NCBI GenBank assembly: GCA_964503265.1
Contig: CAZCYO010000002.1
Coordinates: forward strand, 66,604 to 130,603
Reading direction: 5' to 3'
Length of the DNA stretch: 64,000 nt
DNA from: an uncultured Gammaproteobacteria bacterium
Lineage (GTDB): Bacteria > Patescibacteriota > Microgenomatia > Levybacterales > UBA12049
The notes under the pieces were generated by a model that did not search any database, was not told the DNA's origin, and saw only the letters and a program-made list of their open reading frames with translations. Both the position numbers and the translations under genes were made by a program. Below are positions 55,668-64,000 of this stretch, piece after piece; positions within the stretch are counted from its first letter, which is position 1, and each line of letters opens with the position of its first letter.

Positions 55668-56624
55668 ATGAACGCTGGAAAGAAACAAAATCTCTTTCAC
55701 AACCTCGATATTTTATCTCTCGACCAATTTACCTCGTCAATGATCACAATACTCTTCAACGAGACTGCTCACATGGCAACAATAGCTAAACACTCAATAC
55801 CTTCAGATCTGTTAAAAGGGAAAAACCTAACGCTGTTATTCTATGAACCCTCTAGTCGTACATATGGTAGTTTTGCGTCTGCGATTAATAGATTAGGGGG
55901 AACTGTCGTGAGTATTCTCAACCCTCAACAATTTTCATCTGTCGCTAAGGGAGAGACACTTGAAGATACAATCAGAACATTCCAATCATACAGTGAAGCA
56001 ATTATCATGAGACATCACCAAGCAGGTGCTGCAAAGATAGCGGCAAATGTTTCGACTATTCCTATTATTAACGCAGGAGATGGGGTAGGTGAGCATCCTT
56101 CCCAAGCACTTCTTGATCTATATACGATTTATGAACATACAGGAAGACTCGATAACTTAACCATACTAATTGCAGGAGATATTCTTAACGGTCGTACTGT
56201 TCATTCGCTTATTCGAGGATTGTCGTTATATAAAAATAATACGATATACCTTCTTTCACCCAAAAATCTTACCTTGTCATCTGAAGAAAAGACATTGTTA
56301 ACAGCGCGTGGGATAACACTTATTGAAATTACTAGTGAAAAAGATATTCCTAAAAATGCTCATGTCTGGTATTGGACACGTGTTCAAAAAGAACGGTTTA
56401 ATAGCCTTGAGGAATACGAAAAAGTAAAACATTCATTTGTCGTGACGCCTGAATTAATGAAAAAATATGCAAGTAACGAAATGATTCTTATGCATCCACT
56501 TCCACGAGTGGGTGAGATAGACGAGCGAGTAGATTCAGATCCACGTGCCGTATATTTAACGCAACAAATGAGAAATGGCATGTATGTACGAATGGCTCTA
56601 TTACACCTCGTTTTGAATAAATAA
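55668..56624 (+). CDS. pyrB: Aspartate carbamoyltransferase catalytic subunit
   Basis: LFYEPSSRT (STRTR-type), HPSQALLD, HPLPRVGEIDERVD (ATCase HPLPR signature rather than OTC HCLP). Confidence 0.7.
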   Translation: MNAGKKQNLFHNLDILSLDQFTSSMITILFNETAHMATIAKHSIPSDLLKGKNLTLLFYEPSSRTYGSFASAINRLGGTVVSILNPQQFSSVAKGETLEDTIRTFQSYSEAIIMRHHQAGAAKIAANVSTIPIINAGDGVGEHPSQALLDLYTIYEHTGRLDNLTILIAGDILNGRTVHSLIRGLSLYKNNTIYLLSPKNLTLSSEEKTLLTARGITLIEITSEKDIPKNAHVWYWTRVQKERFNSLEEYEKVKHSFVVTPELMKKYASNEMILMHPLPRVGEIDERVDSDPRAVYLTQQMRNGMYVRMALLHLVLNK

Positions 56625-56713
56625 GCTCGCTTTCTTACGTACCTCTTACCATTACTTCACTTAGCCTTTACTGACGAGCTATAGTATAGATACAGAAAGG
56701 AGGAAAACAATAT

Positions 56714-57049
56714 ATGACAAACGATAAAAAACCAGGTTCATCAGTTGCAGCAGGCGTAGCAGGAGCAATCGTCGGAGTAGCAGCTGGAGCAGCAGCAGTA
56801 TTTCTTAGTGAAAAGAAAAACCGCGACCTTGCAAAAAAGAAAATCGAGCATTTAAAAAAACAGGGTAATAAAATGCTTGGATCAATGAATGATAAAACAC
56901 AAGAAATGACAGACTCTGCAAAAGAATCTGTTAAATCTATGGCTGATAAAATGCAGTCGAAATCTGCTGAGACAGCAGAAGAAGTTAAAAAGGCAGCAGA
57001 TAAAGCATCTGGTGCAGTTAAAAAAACCACAGAGAGAATTGCTAACTAG
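56714..57049 (+). CDS. YtxH-like general stress/coiled-coil protein
   Basis: N-terminal Gly/Ala-rich TM then Lys/Glu-rich helices; RBS AGGAGG. Confidence 0.45.
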   Translation: MTNDKKPGSSVAAGVAGAIVGVAAGAAAVFLSEKKNRDLAKKKIEHLKKQGNKMLGSMNDKTQEMTDSAKESVKSMADKMQSKSAETAEEVKKAADKASGAVKKTTERIAN

Positions 57050-57078
57050 CATTCTCTCTGTCACAAGAAAGGAGGAAT

Positions 57079-57162
57079 ATGGAATTCTCATACATGCTAA
57101 TATATATGGTACCACTAGCTTTTTTACTACTCACATGGGTAGTTAAAGAAAACTATAAATAA
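57079..57162 (+). CDS. 27-aa hydrophobic micro-protein (MEFSYMLIYMVPLAFLLLTWVVKENYK)
   Basis: AGGAGG RBS 7 nt upstream; one TM; not in ORF track. Confidence 0.25.
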   Translation: MEFSYMLIYMVPLAFLLLTWVVKENYK

Positions 57163-57164
57163 TT

Positions 57165-57425
57165 ATGGACGCACAAACAATTTTCTATACACTTGGAAGT
57201 GTATTTATGACACTTGGAATAATTACCCTCATTGGAGTTATTGTGGGAGTAATAATAGTTATAAATATTGCTAAACAAACCCAAAAACAAATAATCGAAA
57301 AAATAGACTCTTTCAAAGAGACTATTCTTGAACCCACAAAATACGTAAAAGGAATGGGAGCACTTACAGCAGGAATGCTATCTTTTGGAATGAAACAGTT
57401 CTTCAACCGCTTCACAAAAGAATAA
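57165..57425 (+). CDS. Small membrane protein
   Basis: 86 aa, one long TM segment. Confidence 0.4.
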   Translation: MDAQTIFYTLGSVFMTLGIITLIGVIVGVIIVINIAKQTQKQIIEKIDSFKETILEPTKYVKGMGALTAGMLSFGMKQFFNRFTKE

Positions 57426-57476
57426 GCAATTTTCTGCCTACTAAACACCTCTTTCAATCCGTGATAAACTATTAGT

Positions 57477-58247
57477 ATGTCTAAGGAAAACAATCCAATT
57501 ATTTCTGTTTCTAACCTGATTAAGAAATATGCTGATTTTACTGCAGTAGATGATATTACATTTCACGTAAATGAAGGGGAGATTTTTGGTATATTGGGTC
57601 CAAATGGGGCAGGGAAGACCACTACTCTTGAAATCATGGAGACGCTTAAAGAACAGACAAGTGGAACAGTCTTGATTGACGGAGTAGACACAAAAGAAGC
57701 ACCAGAAGAAGTAAAGCGTCGTATTGGGGTTCAGCTCCAGTCATCGAATTTCTATCCAGAACTAACACTCGTTGAGCTCCTTCAAATGTTTGCTGCTATG
57801 TATGATGTTCCAGTTAATCCAATGGCGATGCTTAAAAAAGTACAGCTTGAAGATAAAGCGAAAAGTTTTGTTAACAAGTTATCTGGTGGTCAAAAACAGC
57901 GTTTTTCTATCGCGACAACACTTATTAATAAACCTCGGGTAATTTTTCTCGATGAGCCAACCACTGGACTTGACCCACAAGCGAGAATTAACTTATGGGA
58001 GATGATTCGTGAAGTCCGTAAAGAAGGTGTCACACTCGTTCTTACCACACACTACATGGATGAAGCACAGGAACTGTGTGATAGACTCGCAATCATGGAC
58101 AGTGGAAAGATCATAACCATCGGATCTCCACGGGAACTTATCGATAAGCTTCTTAAAACAGGCTTTAAAAAAGAAGTAAAACCACAACCTGCTACACTTG
58201 AAGATGTCTTTTTACATATGACAGGAAAGGCACTACGAGATGAGTAA
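57477..58247 (+). CDS. ABC transporter ATP-binding protein
   Basis: Walker A GPNGAGKTTT, signature LSGGQKQR, Walker B VIFLDEPTTGLD. Confidence 0.85.
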   Translation: MSKENNPIISVSNLIKKYADFTAVDDITFHVNEGEIFGILGPNGAGKTTTLEIMETLKEQTSGTVLIDGVDTKEAPEEVKRRIGVQLQSSNFYPELTLVELLQMFAAMYDVPVNPMAMLKKVQLEDKAKSFVNKLSGGQKQRFSIATTLINKPRVIFLDEPTTGLDPQARINLWEMIREVRKEGVTLVLTTHYMDEAQELCDRLAIMDSGKIITIGSPRELIDKLLKTGFKKEVKPQPATLEDVFLHMTGKALRDE

Positions 58248-59340
58248 AACATATAAAAAACCAAGTCAATTTAAAGCGTTTGTCGCAATCGCCTGGTTTG
58301 CTCTTAAAGCGCAGACGAGAAATCCTGCTACATTCGCATTTGGATTTATTTTTCCTATCGTTTTTATTAGTGTATTTGGCCTCATCGGAACCTCAACTCC
58401 AAAACTTTCTGTAGGAATTCCCACAGAAAGTCCTAGCCATAATTTTTTTATGGAAACTCTTCAAAAGCAGCCTATTCTTACAATTCAACGTGGAAGTAAA
58501 GAAGAGCTTGAAAAAAAATTGACACAAGGGAAATTAGCTGGAATTGTTTCTTCTGATAACCAAGGAAATTCTAATGAAGCTATAATTTCGGTAACATACT
58601 CGTCAGCAACACCCCAAGAATCAGGAAGTCTCAAAGCACTCATTACAGGAATAGTAGATAAAACAAATCTCATGTCTGCTGGGGTAATAGATCCTCCAGT
58701 GAAACTTCAAGAACAAAAAATAGAAGGGAGACAAGCTCGTTATATAGATTTTGCTCTTCCTGGTCAAATAGGTTTCTCTCTTCTCTCAACTGCAATATTT
58801 GGTACTGTTTTTGGTCTTATTTATCTTAAAAAGGCAGGGGTACTTAAGAGAATGTTTGCCACTCCAACAAAAGCGTTAACTATCCTGCTCGCACAAGGAT
58901 TAAGTCGACTCGTCGTAGCACTCATGCAAACGATGCTTATTCTCGTGATCGGAGTACTCGTGTTTAAATTCTATCTTCCGCATGGATTTATCACCCTTCT
59001 CGAACTTATCTTACTCTCAACCATCGGACTAATCGCATTTCTTGGCTTTGGCTATTTCTTCGCTGGACTTGCTAATGATGAGAACTCAGCTGGGCCACTG
59101 GTCAACCTGGTTACCCTTCCACAATTCTTACTTAGTGGTACATTCTTCTCAACAGATAGTTTACCGACATGGCTTCAACCAATTGCAAATAATCTTCCAC
59201 TGTCATACTTTAACATGGCTGTTCGTAAGATAACGACTGAAGGGGGATCACTGTCAGAAACTACCCCATACATCATTGGCCTTCTTATTTGGGGAGCTGT
59301 GATGTATATACTCGCCGCACGAACATTTAAGTGGGAATAA
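58240..59340 (+). CDS. ABC-2 family transporter permease
   Basis: 6 TM with large periplasmic loop after TM1; overlaps ATPase gene stop. Confidence 0.75.
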   Translation: MSKTYKKPSQFKAFVAIAWFALKAQTRNPATFAFGFIFPIVFISVFGLIGTSTPKLSVGIPTESPSHNFFMETLQKQPILTIQRGSKEELEKKLTQGKLAGIVSSDNQGNSNEAIISVTYSSATPQESGSLKALITGIVDKTNLMSAGVIDPPVKLQEQKIEGRQARYIDFALPGQIGFSLLSTAIFGTVFGLIYLKKAGVLKRMFATPTKALTILLAQGLSRLVVALMQTMLILVIGVLVFKFYLPHGFITLLELILLSTIGLIAFLGFGYFFAGLANDENSAGPLVNLVTLPQFLLSGTFFSTDSLPTWLQPIANNLPLSYFNMAVRKITTEGGSLSETTPYIIGLLIWGAVMYILAARTFKWE

Positions 59341-59404
59341 GATACAATTCGTAATTTAAAATTTCAAATTTGACATTTTTTCTCTCAGTCTCTAGTATAA
59401 ATAC

Positions 59405-60151
59405 ATGCCTTCACTCTTTGATCAAGTAAAAGTTCCATTTCTGACTGTATTATTTGCGTTAATTTCATTTTTTCTTCTTGGTAAACTCTTTGGCGTTATT
59501 CCATTTACTGTGACAAATATTAGTCCTAATTACTTCACTGCAACTGGAGTAGGGGAGGTATCTGGTGTCGCTGGAAAAGCATCTGCATCACTGGGTATTA
59601 CTGTTACTGATAAAACAGCAGAAGCAGCAAAGGATAAAGCAAATCAAATGATAAATAAACTAACTACTGACTTGAAAAATACCGGAGTCGAAGCGAAAGA
59701 TATTAAGACATCTAACTTCTCTTCTTATCCAGAAAGAGACTTTTCAGGGAAAAACGAAATTACGGGATATACAGTTAGCGAACAACTTGACGTAACATTT
59801 GCGTCTATTGAACTGGCAAATAAAGGGATTGATCTCGCAACAGCAGCTGGTGCCAATCAAATTGGAAGTCTTTCATTTAATCTCGATGATAAGGATAAAG
59901 AAACATTCCAAGACAAAGCACGCGACATAGCAATTAAAGATGCAAAAGAAAAAGCTATTCGAACCGCAAAAGCAGCTGGGATTAAACTCGGTCGAGTGGT
60001 AAATATTTACGAAGATAGTGGTAGTCAACCTATGCCAATGTATGACCTGAAATCAGCCAATCAAGCTGCACCAGCATCAGAAACCACACAACTTAATCCA
60101 GGTGAAAATAAAGTTACCCTCAACGTCACCCTCACTTACGAAGTATTGTAA
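59405..60151 (+). CDS. SIMPL-domain (DUF541) secreted protein
   Basis: Signal anchor; C-terminal TQLNPGENKVTLNVTLTYEV typical of SIMPL family. Confidence 0.55.
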   Translation: MPSLFDQVKVPFLTVLFALISFFLLGKLFGVIPFTVTNISPNYFTATGVGEVSGVAGKASASLGITVTDKTAEAAKDKANQMINKLTTDLKNTGVEAKDIKTSNFSSYPERDFSGKNEITGYTVSEQLDVTFASIELANKGIDLATAAGANQIGSLSFNLDDKDKETFQDKARDIAIKDAKEKAIRTAKAAGIKLGRVVNIYEDSGSQPMPMYDLKSANQAAPASETTQLNPGENKVTLNVTLTYEVL

Positions 60152-60290
60152 AGTAATTCTTCTTGCTTCCTTCTTACAGAATCTTTATTTCTTTCACACC
60201 GGTAAGCTCTAATATAAGGTAACGTCAACCTTAATCCTTCTCGTAAAAGACGAAGGAGAGACGAGACAAAAATTTATTGAAAGGAGGAAT

Positions 60291-60440
60291 ATGGGATTAC
60301 TTGAAATCGTCGCAATTATTTTAGTTATTGCATGGCTTGGTGGATTCTCACTGCACATCGCAGGGGGACTTATTCACATTTTACTCGTAGTAGCAGTAGT
60401 ATTATTTCTATTACGTTTTTTCAGAAGTAACACAGTATAA
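60291..60440 (+). CDS. lmo0937-family small membrane protein
   Basis: MGLLEIVAIILVIAWLGGFSLHIAGGLIHILLVVAVVLFLLRFF; RBS AGGAGG; not in ORF track. Confidence 0.5.
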   Translation: MGLLEIVAIILVIAWLGGFSLHIAGGLIHILLVVAVVLFLLRFFRSNTV

Positions 60441-60441
60441 G

Positions 60442-61377
60442 TTACTTGTTACCACTGTGGAATGATTTATGAACCTCACGGAGCTGTTTATTTGTTACGT
60501 GTGTATAGATTTGGGTAGTCGCAATGTTTTTATGACCTAACATCTCCTGCACCGAGCGAATATCAGCTCCATTCGTTAATAAATCAGTCGCGAATGAGTG
60601 TCTAAGAGTATGGACTGTCGCATCGACAGGAAGCCGTGTCGCCAGCACATATTTCTTCACAATTCTTTCAATAGTGCGCACAGTTAACCGCATTTTCTCT
60701 CCTTCATCTATTTCGATTTGTGCTCCCGAATACCGGATAAACAGTGGTTTATACTCATCTTTTCTCGTTTCTGTATAAAGCTGTACCCATTGTGCAGCAT
60801 GATCAGAGACGAAAACAATTCGAGATTTTCTCCCTTTCCCGATGATTCCAAATTCTCGTCGCTCAAAATTAATTTGATTACGATTAAGACTTACTAACTC
60901 TGACACACGAAGCCCTGTGGAGAAGAGAAGTTCGAGTATTGCTCTATCACGAAGTCCTTCTTCTTTCGTCACGTCTGGAGCTGCTACAAGCCGTTCTACC
61001 TGTTCTCGTTCAAGGAATTTAAGACTTCGACTTTCAGTCTTTGGAAGATCTATCTTTGAAGGCTCTATCGTCTTTACATCGTTTTTCAGAAGGAAACGGA
61101 GAAACGAACGAAGTGCAATAACATAATAATTCTGTGTAACTTTTTTCATCGTCTGACCATGTTGGTCAACTCTGTTAGAGAGGAATACACGGTATTTCCG
61201 TATCGAAGGAAGATCTAAATCTGCTACCGTTTTTCCTTGCATATGGATTTCAAACCACCGATTAAACACGACGAGATAGTGCTTATAATCACGAATCGTA
61301 AGTTTGCTACAATTTTTTTCAATCTCCAAATATTCAAGAAATTGATCAATCAGACTAGTAAGTGAGGCGTTCTGCAT
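60442..61377 (-). CDS. Tyrosine site-specific recombinase (XerC/XerD family)
   Basis: C-terminal HTLRHSFATDLLTNGADIRSVQEMLGHKNIATTQIYTHV (R-H-R-Y catalytic set); N-terminal core-binding domain. Confidence 0.8.
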   Translation of the reverse strand: MQNASLTSLIDQFLEYLEIEKNCSKLTIRDYKHYLVVFNRWFEIHMQGKTVADLDLPSIRKYRVFLSNRVDQHGQTMKKVTQNYYVIALRSFLRFLLKNDVKTIEPSKIDLPKTESRSLKFLEREQVERLVAAPDVTKEEGLRDRAILELLFSTGLRVSELVSLNRNQINFERREFGIIGKGRKSRIVFVSDHAAQWVQLYTETRKDEYKPLFIRYSGAQIEIDEGEKMRLTVRTIERIVKKYVLATRLPVDATVHTLRHSFATDLLTNGADIRSVQEMLGHKNIATTQIYTHVTNKQLREVHKSFHSGNK

Positions 61378-61428
61378 ACATCTACTCTATACCACTTCAT
61401 CATTGTCTTGCAAATCATAATGATTTTC

Positions 61429-61653
61429 TTATGCTATTAGTATTTCATAGATTAAAACCAATGCGCTTATAATCGATGAAATACATGAGATAATAATGAC
61501 CCCCGTTAATAATTGAAGCAATTTAGGTGGAGTTTGAATACTGGTTTCTTTTTGTGCTTCTTTAACTTTCTGTCTATATAATGCGCAATATATTCCAAGG
61601 TACAATCCGACTAGAATAAACGTCGAAAGAATGACAATGCTAATAAGCTTCAT
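61429..61653 (-). CDS. Small membrane protein
   Basis: 74 aa, two TM. Confidence 0.35.
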   Translation of the reverse strand: MKLISIVILSTFILVGLYLGIYCALYRQKVKEAQKETSIQTPPKLLQLLTGVIIISCISSIISALVLIYEILIA

Positions 61654-62267
61654 ATCGCGTGTTTCGGAATGATTGTATCGATCATATAGAATTTATGATC
61701 TTTATTATCTTTATACCACTGTGCTGAATCCACCTGTGAACTCGAATTCATGAGAAGCTGAGTCAAAAGCGATCCAACTTGACGCGCATGGGTCATATTG
61801 CTTAAAACAAACTCTTCACGATGAGTAGGACGATCAAAGGTCATCGCGATATCACCAATCCCGAGCATTTCACGTAAAAAACCGCTCATACGTATGTCAA
61901 TCTCCGTACATTTTACCTGCTCGAGAAATACATCGTTTACTGTATAAGAGGAGAGTGGGATATAGACGATCTCAAGTATTTTTTTATTCGTAACAATGAA
62001 CATATGGAAGTACCATTCTATGATGACTTTAAGACATAACAAAAGCCCGATATCAACCATTATCACTATACCAATTGCTGAAACATAAAAAGGAACAAGT
62101 CCGTAAAAAGAAATCGTATAGAACGCTATAATAAAAAAAAAGCATAGCATTGTAATAAGTGTAATTAATGGAACGAGTGTCAGGAGAGATGTACGTTTAA
62201 TGAAGTGAATTTTTTCCCCAGAAAAAGTTAAATAATGCTTTAGAATTTCATTAGTATCCTGATTCAT
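61650..62267 (-). CDS. Membrane protein with bacterial PH-like (YdbS/T-type) domain
   Basis: Two TM followed by soluble domain; overlaps downstream small ORF. Confidence 0.4.
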   Translation of the reverse strand: MNQDTNEILKHYLTFSGEKIHFIKRTSLLTLVPLITLITMLCFFFIIAFYTISFYGLVPFYVSAIGIVIMVDIGLLLCLKVIIEWYFHMFIVTNKKILEIVYIPLSSYTVNDVFLEQVKCTEIDIRMSGFLREMLGIGDIAMTFDRPTHREEFVLSNMTHARQVGSLLTQLLMNSSSQVDSAQWYKDNKDHKFYMIDTIIPKHAI

Positions 62268-62370
62268 ACTTGGAAATTTTTTCCTCTATCAAGCTACCTT
62301 ATATAGTCATATTGATCGATTTGTATAAGAGATATATGAAACTTTCGTAAGAGATATGTAGTAAGAAAAA

Positions 62371-62979
62371 TTAACAGGTAGTATCTGGAATAGTAATTAT
62401 AACTGTCGTAAAGCCAAGTGATTTAAAAAGCGCTGTGAGCTGTGAACGTGCATTTTTGGACGCTTCCGTAAGAATATTTCCAGTACATGCAGCCTGTGAA
62501 ATGATTTTCTCAGCTTCAGCTCTAGCGTTGGCTTCTAAATTTTTATCTCCCTTTGAAAGGAGGCCTGTTCGTCTATCATAAACTCGAGTTTGCGTATTAT
62601 CTAACTTCGTCACCAGTATAGAAGGAGAGGGGAGTGTAAGACGAAGTGTCGACTGATCAATCGCTATACTATTTGCTGGAAGCTGTGAAAGATCAAAACC
62701 AGCGATTACTTCCCCATGGGCGATCAGCAGTAGCCGATCACCAAAAAGAAATTGAGAAAGAGCATTTCCAGACGTCCCAGCGTCAATTATTTTTTCAATC
62801 GTGAATGTCGCAGTTTCAAGACGATTAAGTGAGCGCATTTCTTTAATTACGGTTTCTGAACTCGTCGTAAAAGTATATGGCGCTTTCGCTGAAAAAAGGT
62901 GGCGGAATGTAAAAATAAAAGCAAAGATACATACTATGATAACGATAAACACCACAGAAATAAGACGTAATGATTTCAT
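62371..62979 (-). CDS. DUF4230-like membrane-anchored protein
   Basis: N-terminal TM; domain layout typical of DUF4230. Confidence 0.4.
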   Translation of the reverse strand: MKSLRLISVVFIVIIVCIFAFIFTFRHLFSAKAPYTFTTSSETVIKEMRSLNRLETATFTIEKIIDAGTSGNALSQFLFGDRLLLIAHGEVIAGFDLSQLPANSIAIDQSTLRLTLPSPSILVTKLDNTQTRVYDRRTGLLSKGDKNLEANARAEAEKIISQAACTGNILTEASKNARSQLTALFKSLGFTTVIITIPDTTC

Positions 62980-63047
62980 ATATAAAAGTATACCACTTTT
63001 CTTAGCTATGTATTGACAAACAAACCATGGAAGATTAGTATCGTTTT

Positions 63048-63929
63048 ATGACGAAATTTATCCTCGATAGCGGCAATCCACAAGAATATCGAGAAATAAG
63101 TCACCTCGCTAAGGAGCATAACAGCATGATCTGGGGAAGTACGACTAATCCTAGTCTGGTTGCCAAACAGCTCTCAGGCAAGCATCTCACACTCGAACAA
63201 GCATTTGCACTTCAGAAAGAACTTGTGATGGAAATTCTAACTATTGTACCAGGTGCTGTATCAGCTGAAGTGTATGCTGATGCAGAAACAAAAGCTGAGG
63301 CGATGATAGAACAGGGGAGAGATATCGCTTCATGGCATGAAAGAGTAGTCGTCAAACTCCCGACCACGCTCGAAGGATTTAAAGCAAGAACTGCACTACG
63401 ATCTGAAGATATTTTAACTAATAATACACTTGTATTTAGCCAACAACAAATTTTCGCAATTTGTCTGCATGAAAAAATAATCCTCACCAATAATTCGTTA
63501 ACACCGAAAGCATATCCATCATTTATTTCACCCTTTGTCGGTAGACTTGATGATATCGGAGAAAACGGCATGGACCTCATCGCAAATGGCATGAAAATTA
63601 AATCTCTTTTCCCATCAGTCACTCTCTGGATGCTAGAGGCATCAGTCAGAAGTACATACCATATCACACGGGGCATAGAAGTAGAGACAGAACTCATTAC
63701 TGCACCAGCAAAAGCGTACCAAGAATATTTCTCTAATAACTCAGCTCAAGCTGAAGAGAAAGAGCTAAAAACAATCTCTTACTGGGAACCATCACCTGAA
63801 CTACTTGCTATTGAAACCATGGACGAATTTATGCAAGCGATAGAAAGTGATATGCTTGATATTACTCATCCCTTAACTGAAAAAGGAATAGTTCGCTTCG
63901 CCGAAGATTGGAAAGCCATCCTCACATAA
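63048..63929 (+). CDS. tal: Transaldolase / fructose-6-phosphate aldolase family
   Basis: FILDSGNPQE, TTNPSL signature, VKLPTT, NNTLVFS blocks. Confidence 0.75.
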   Translation: MTKFILDSGNPQEYREISHLAKEHNSMIWGSTTNPSLVAKQLSGKHLTLEQAFALQKELVMEILTIVPGAVSAEVYADAETKAEAMIEQGRDIASWHERVVVKLPTTLEGFKARTALRSEDILTNNTLVFSQQQIFAICLHEKIILTNNSLTPKAYPSFISPFVGRLDDIGENGMDLIANGMKIKSLFPSVTLWMLEASVRSTYHITRGIEVETELITAPAKAYQEYFSNNSAQAEEKELKTISYWEPSPELLAIETMDEFMQAIESDMLDITHPLTEKGIVRFAEDWKAILT

Positions 63930-64000
63930 TCCTTCTAGTAGCAAAGATTCACCAATTCAGAGACGCAAAGAGAACCTGATATCATCTATGACAAACGCAG

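Noticed and set aside
60442-61377. Integrated mobile element or prophage marked by the tyrosine recombinase
   Set aside because: It is a single XerC/D-like recombinase with the full R-H-R-Y catalytic set and no adjacent phage, transposase or conjugation genes, flanking tRNA, or direct repeats. It is more likely the chromosomal dimer-resolution Xer enzyme.

Overview
This 64-kb window is low-GC (about 35–40%) and reads like a compact chromosomal stretch of a small-genome bacterium (Patescibacteria/CPR-like is an inference, not a claim). It carries nine tRNA genes, several of them with an encoded CCA end. There is a thrS-infC-rpmI-rplT / DAHP-synthase-ilvE-pheS-pheT block, tig, tyrS, recG, nusB-rnc, rpsP-khpA-trmD, and a large type IV pilus locus (pilM/N/O, a PilX-like gene, six minor-pilin-like genes, pilD, pilA, pilC, pilT, pilB). 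Further along are holB, rarA, gyrB, ppa, gyrA, an S8 protease, folD, pyrB, an ABC-2 exporter, a Xer-type recombinase and a transaldolase. All product calls come from motifs read directly in the translations; no database search was run.

The standout observation is a module that occurs four times between about 9.3 and 16.7 kb. Each copy has a consensus sigma70 promoter (TTGACA-16/17-TAnnnT) exactly 7 nt ahead of the ATG of a small leader peptide. Each peptide has a run of one amino-acid class: Ile/Val/Leu, Ile x4, Ile-Ile-Thr x5, or Phe/Tyr x6. That run sits immediately before a CUCCC...GGGAGG hairpin, which is followed by a second CCUCCC...GGGAGG-U7 terminator-like hairpin whose 3' arm is also the Shine-Dalgarno of the next ATG. 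This is the architecture of classical ribosome-mediated attenuation in a minimal form. The amino-acid logic fits in two copies. The Thr-run leader precedes the thrS operon. The Phe/Tyr leader (MITTRQSYFYFYFTS..., pheM-like) precedes DAHP synthase, a class IV aminotransferase and pheS-pheT, in the same thrS…pheST synteny E. coli uses for pheM attenuation. The other two copies precede hypothetical genes, including a ParB-like GHHR protein.

Other findings: consensus promoters ending 6–8 nt before the ATG suggest leaderless mRNAs are common here. A promoter-to-terminator small RNA lies between two paralogous wall-hydrolase genes. A duplicated tRNA-Leu 5' fragment carries a 9-bp hairpin insert. 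Several families of palindromic intergenic repeats are present, and a GTATCAAG repeat array sits between pilT and pilC.
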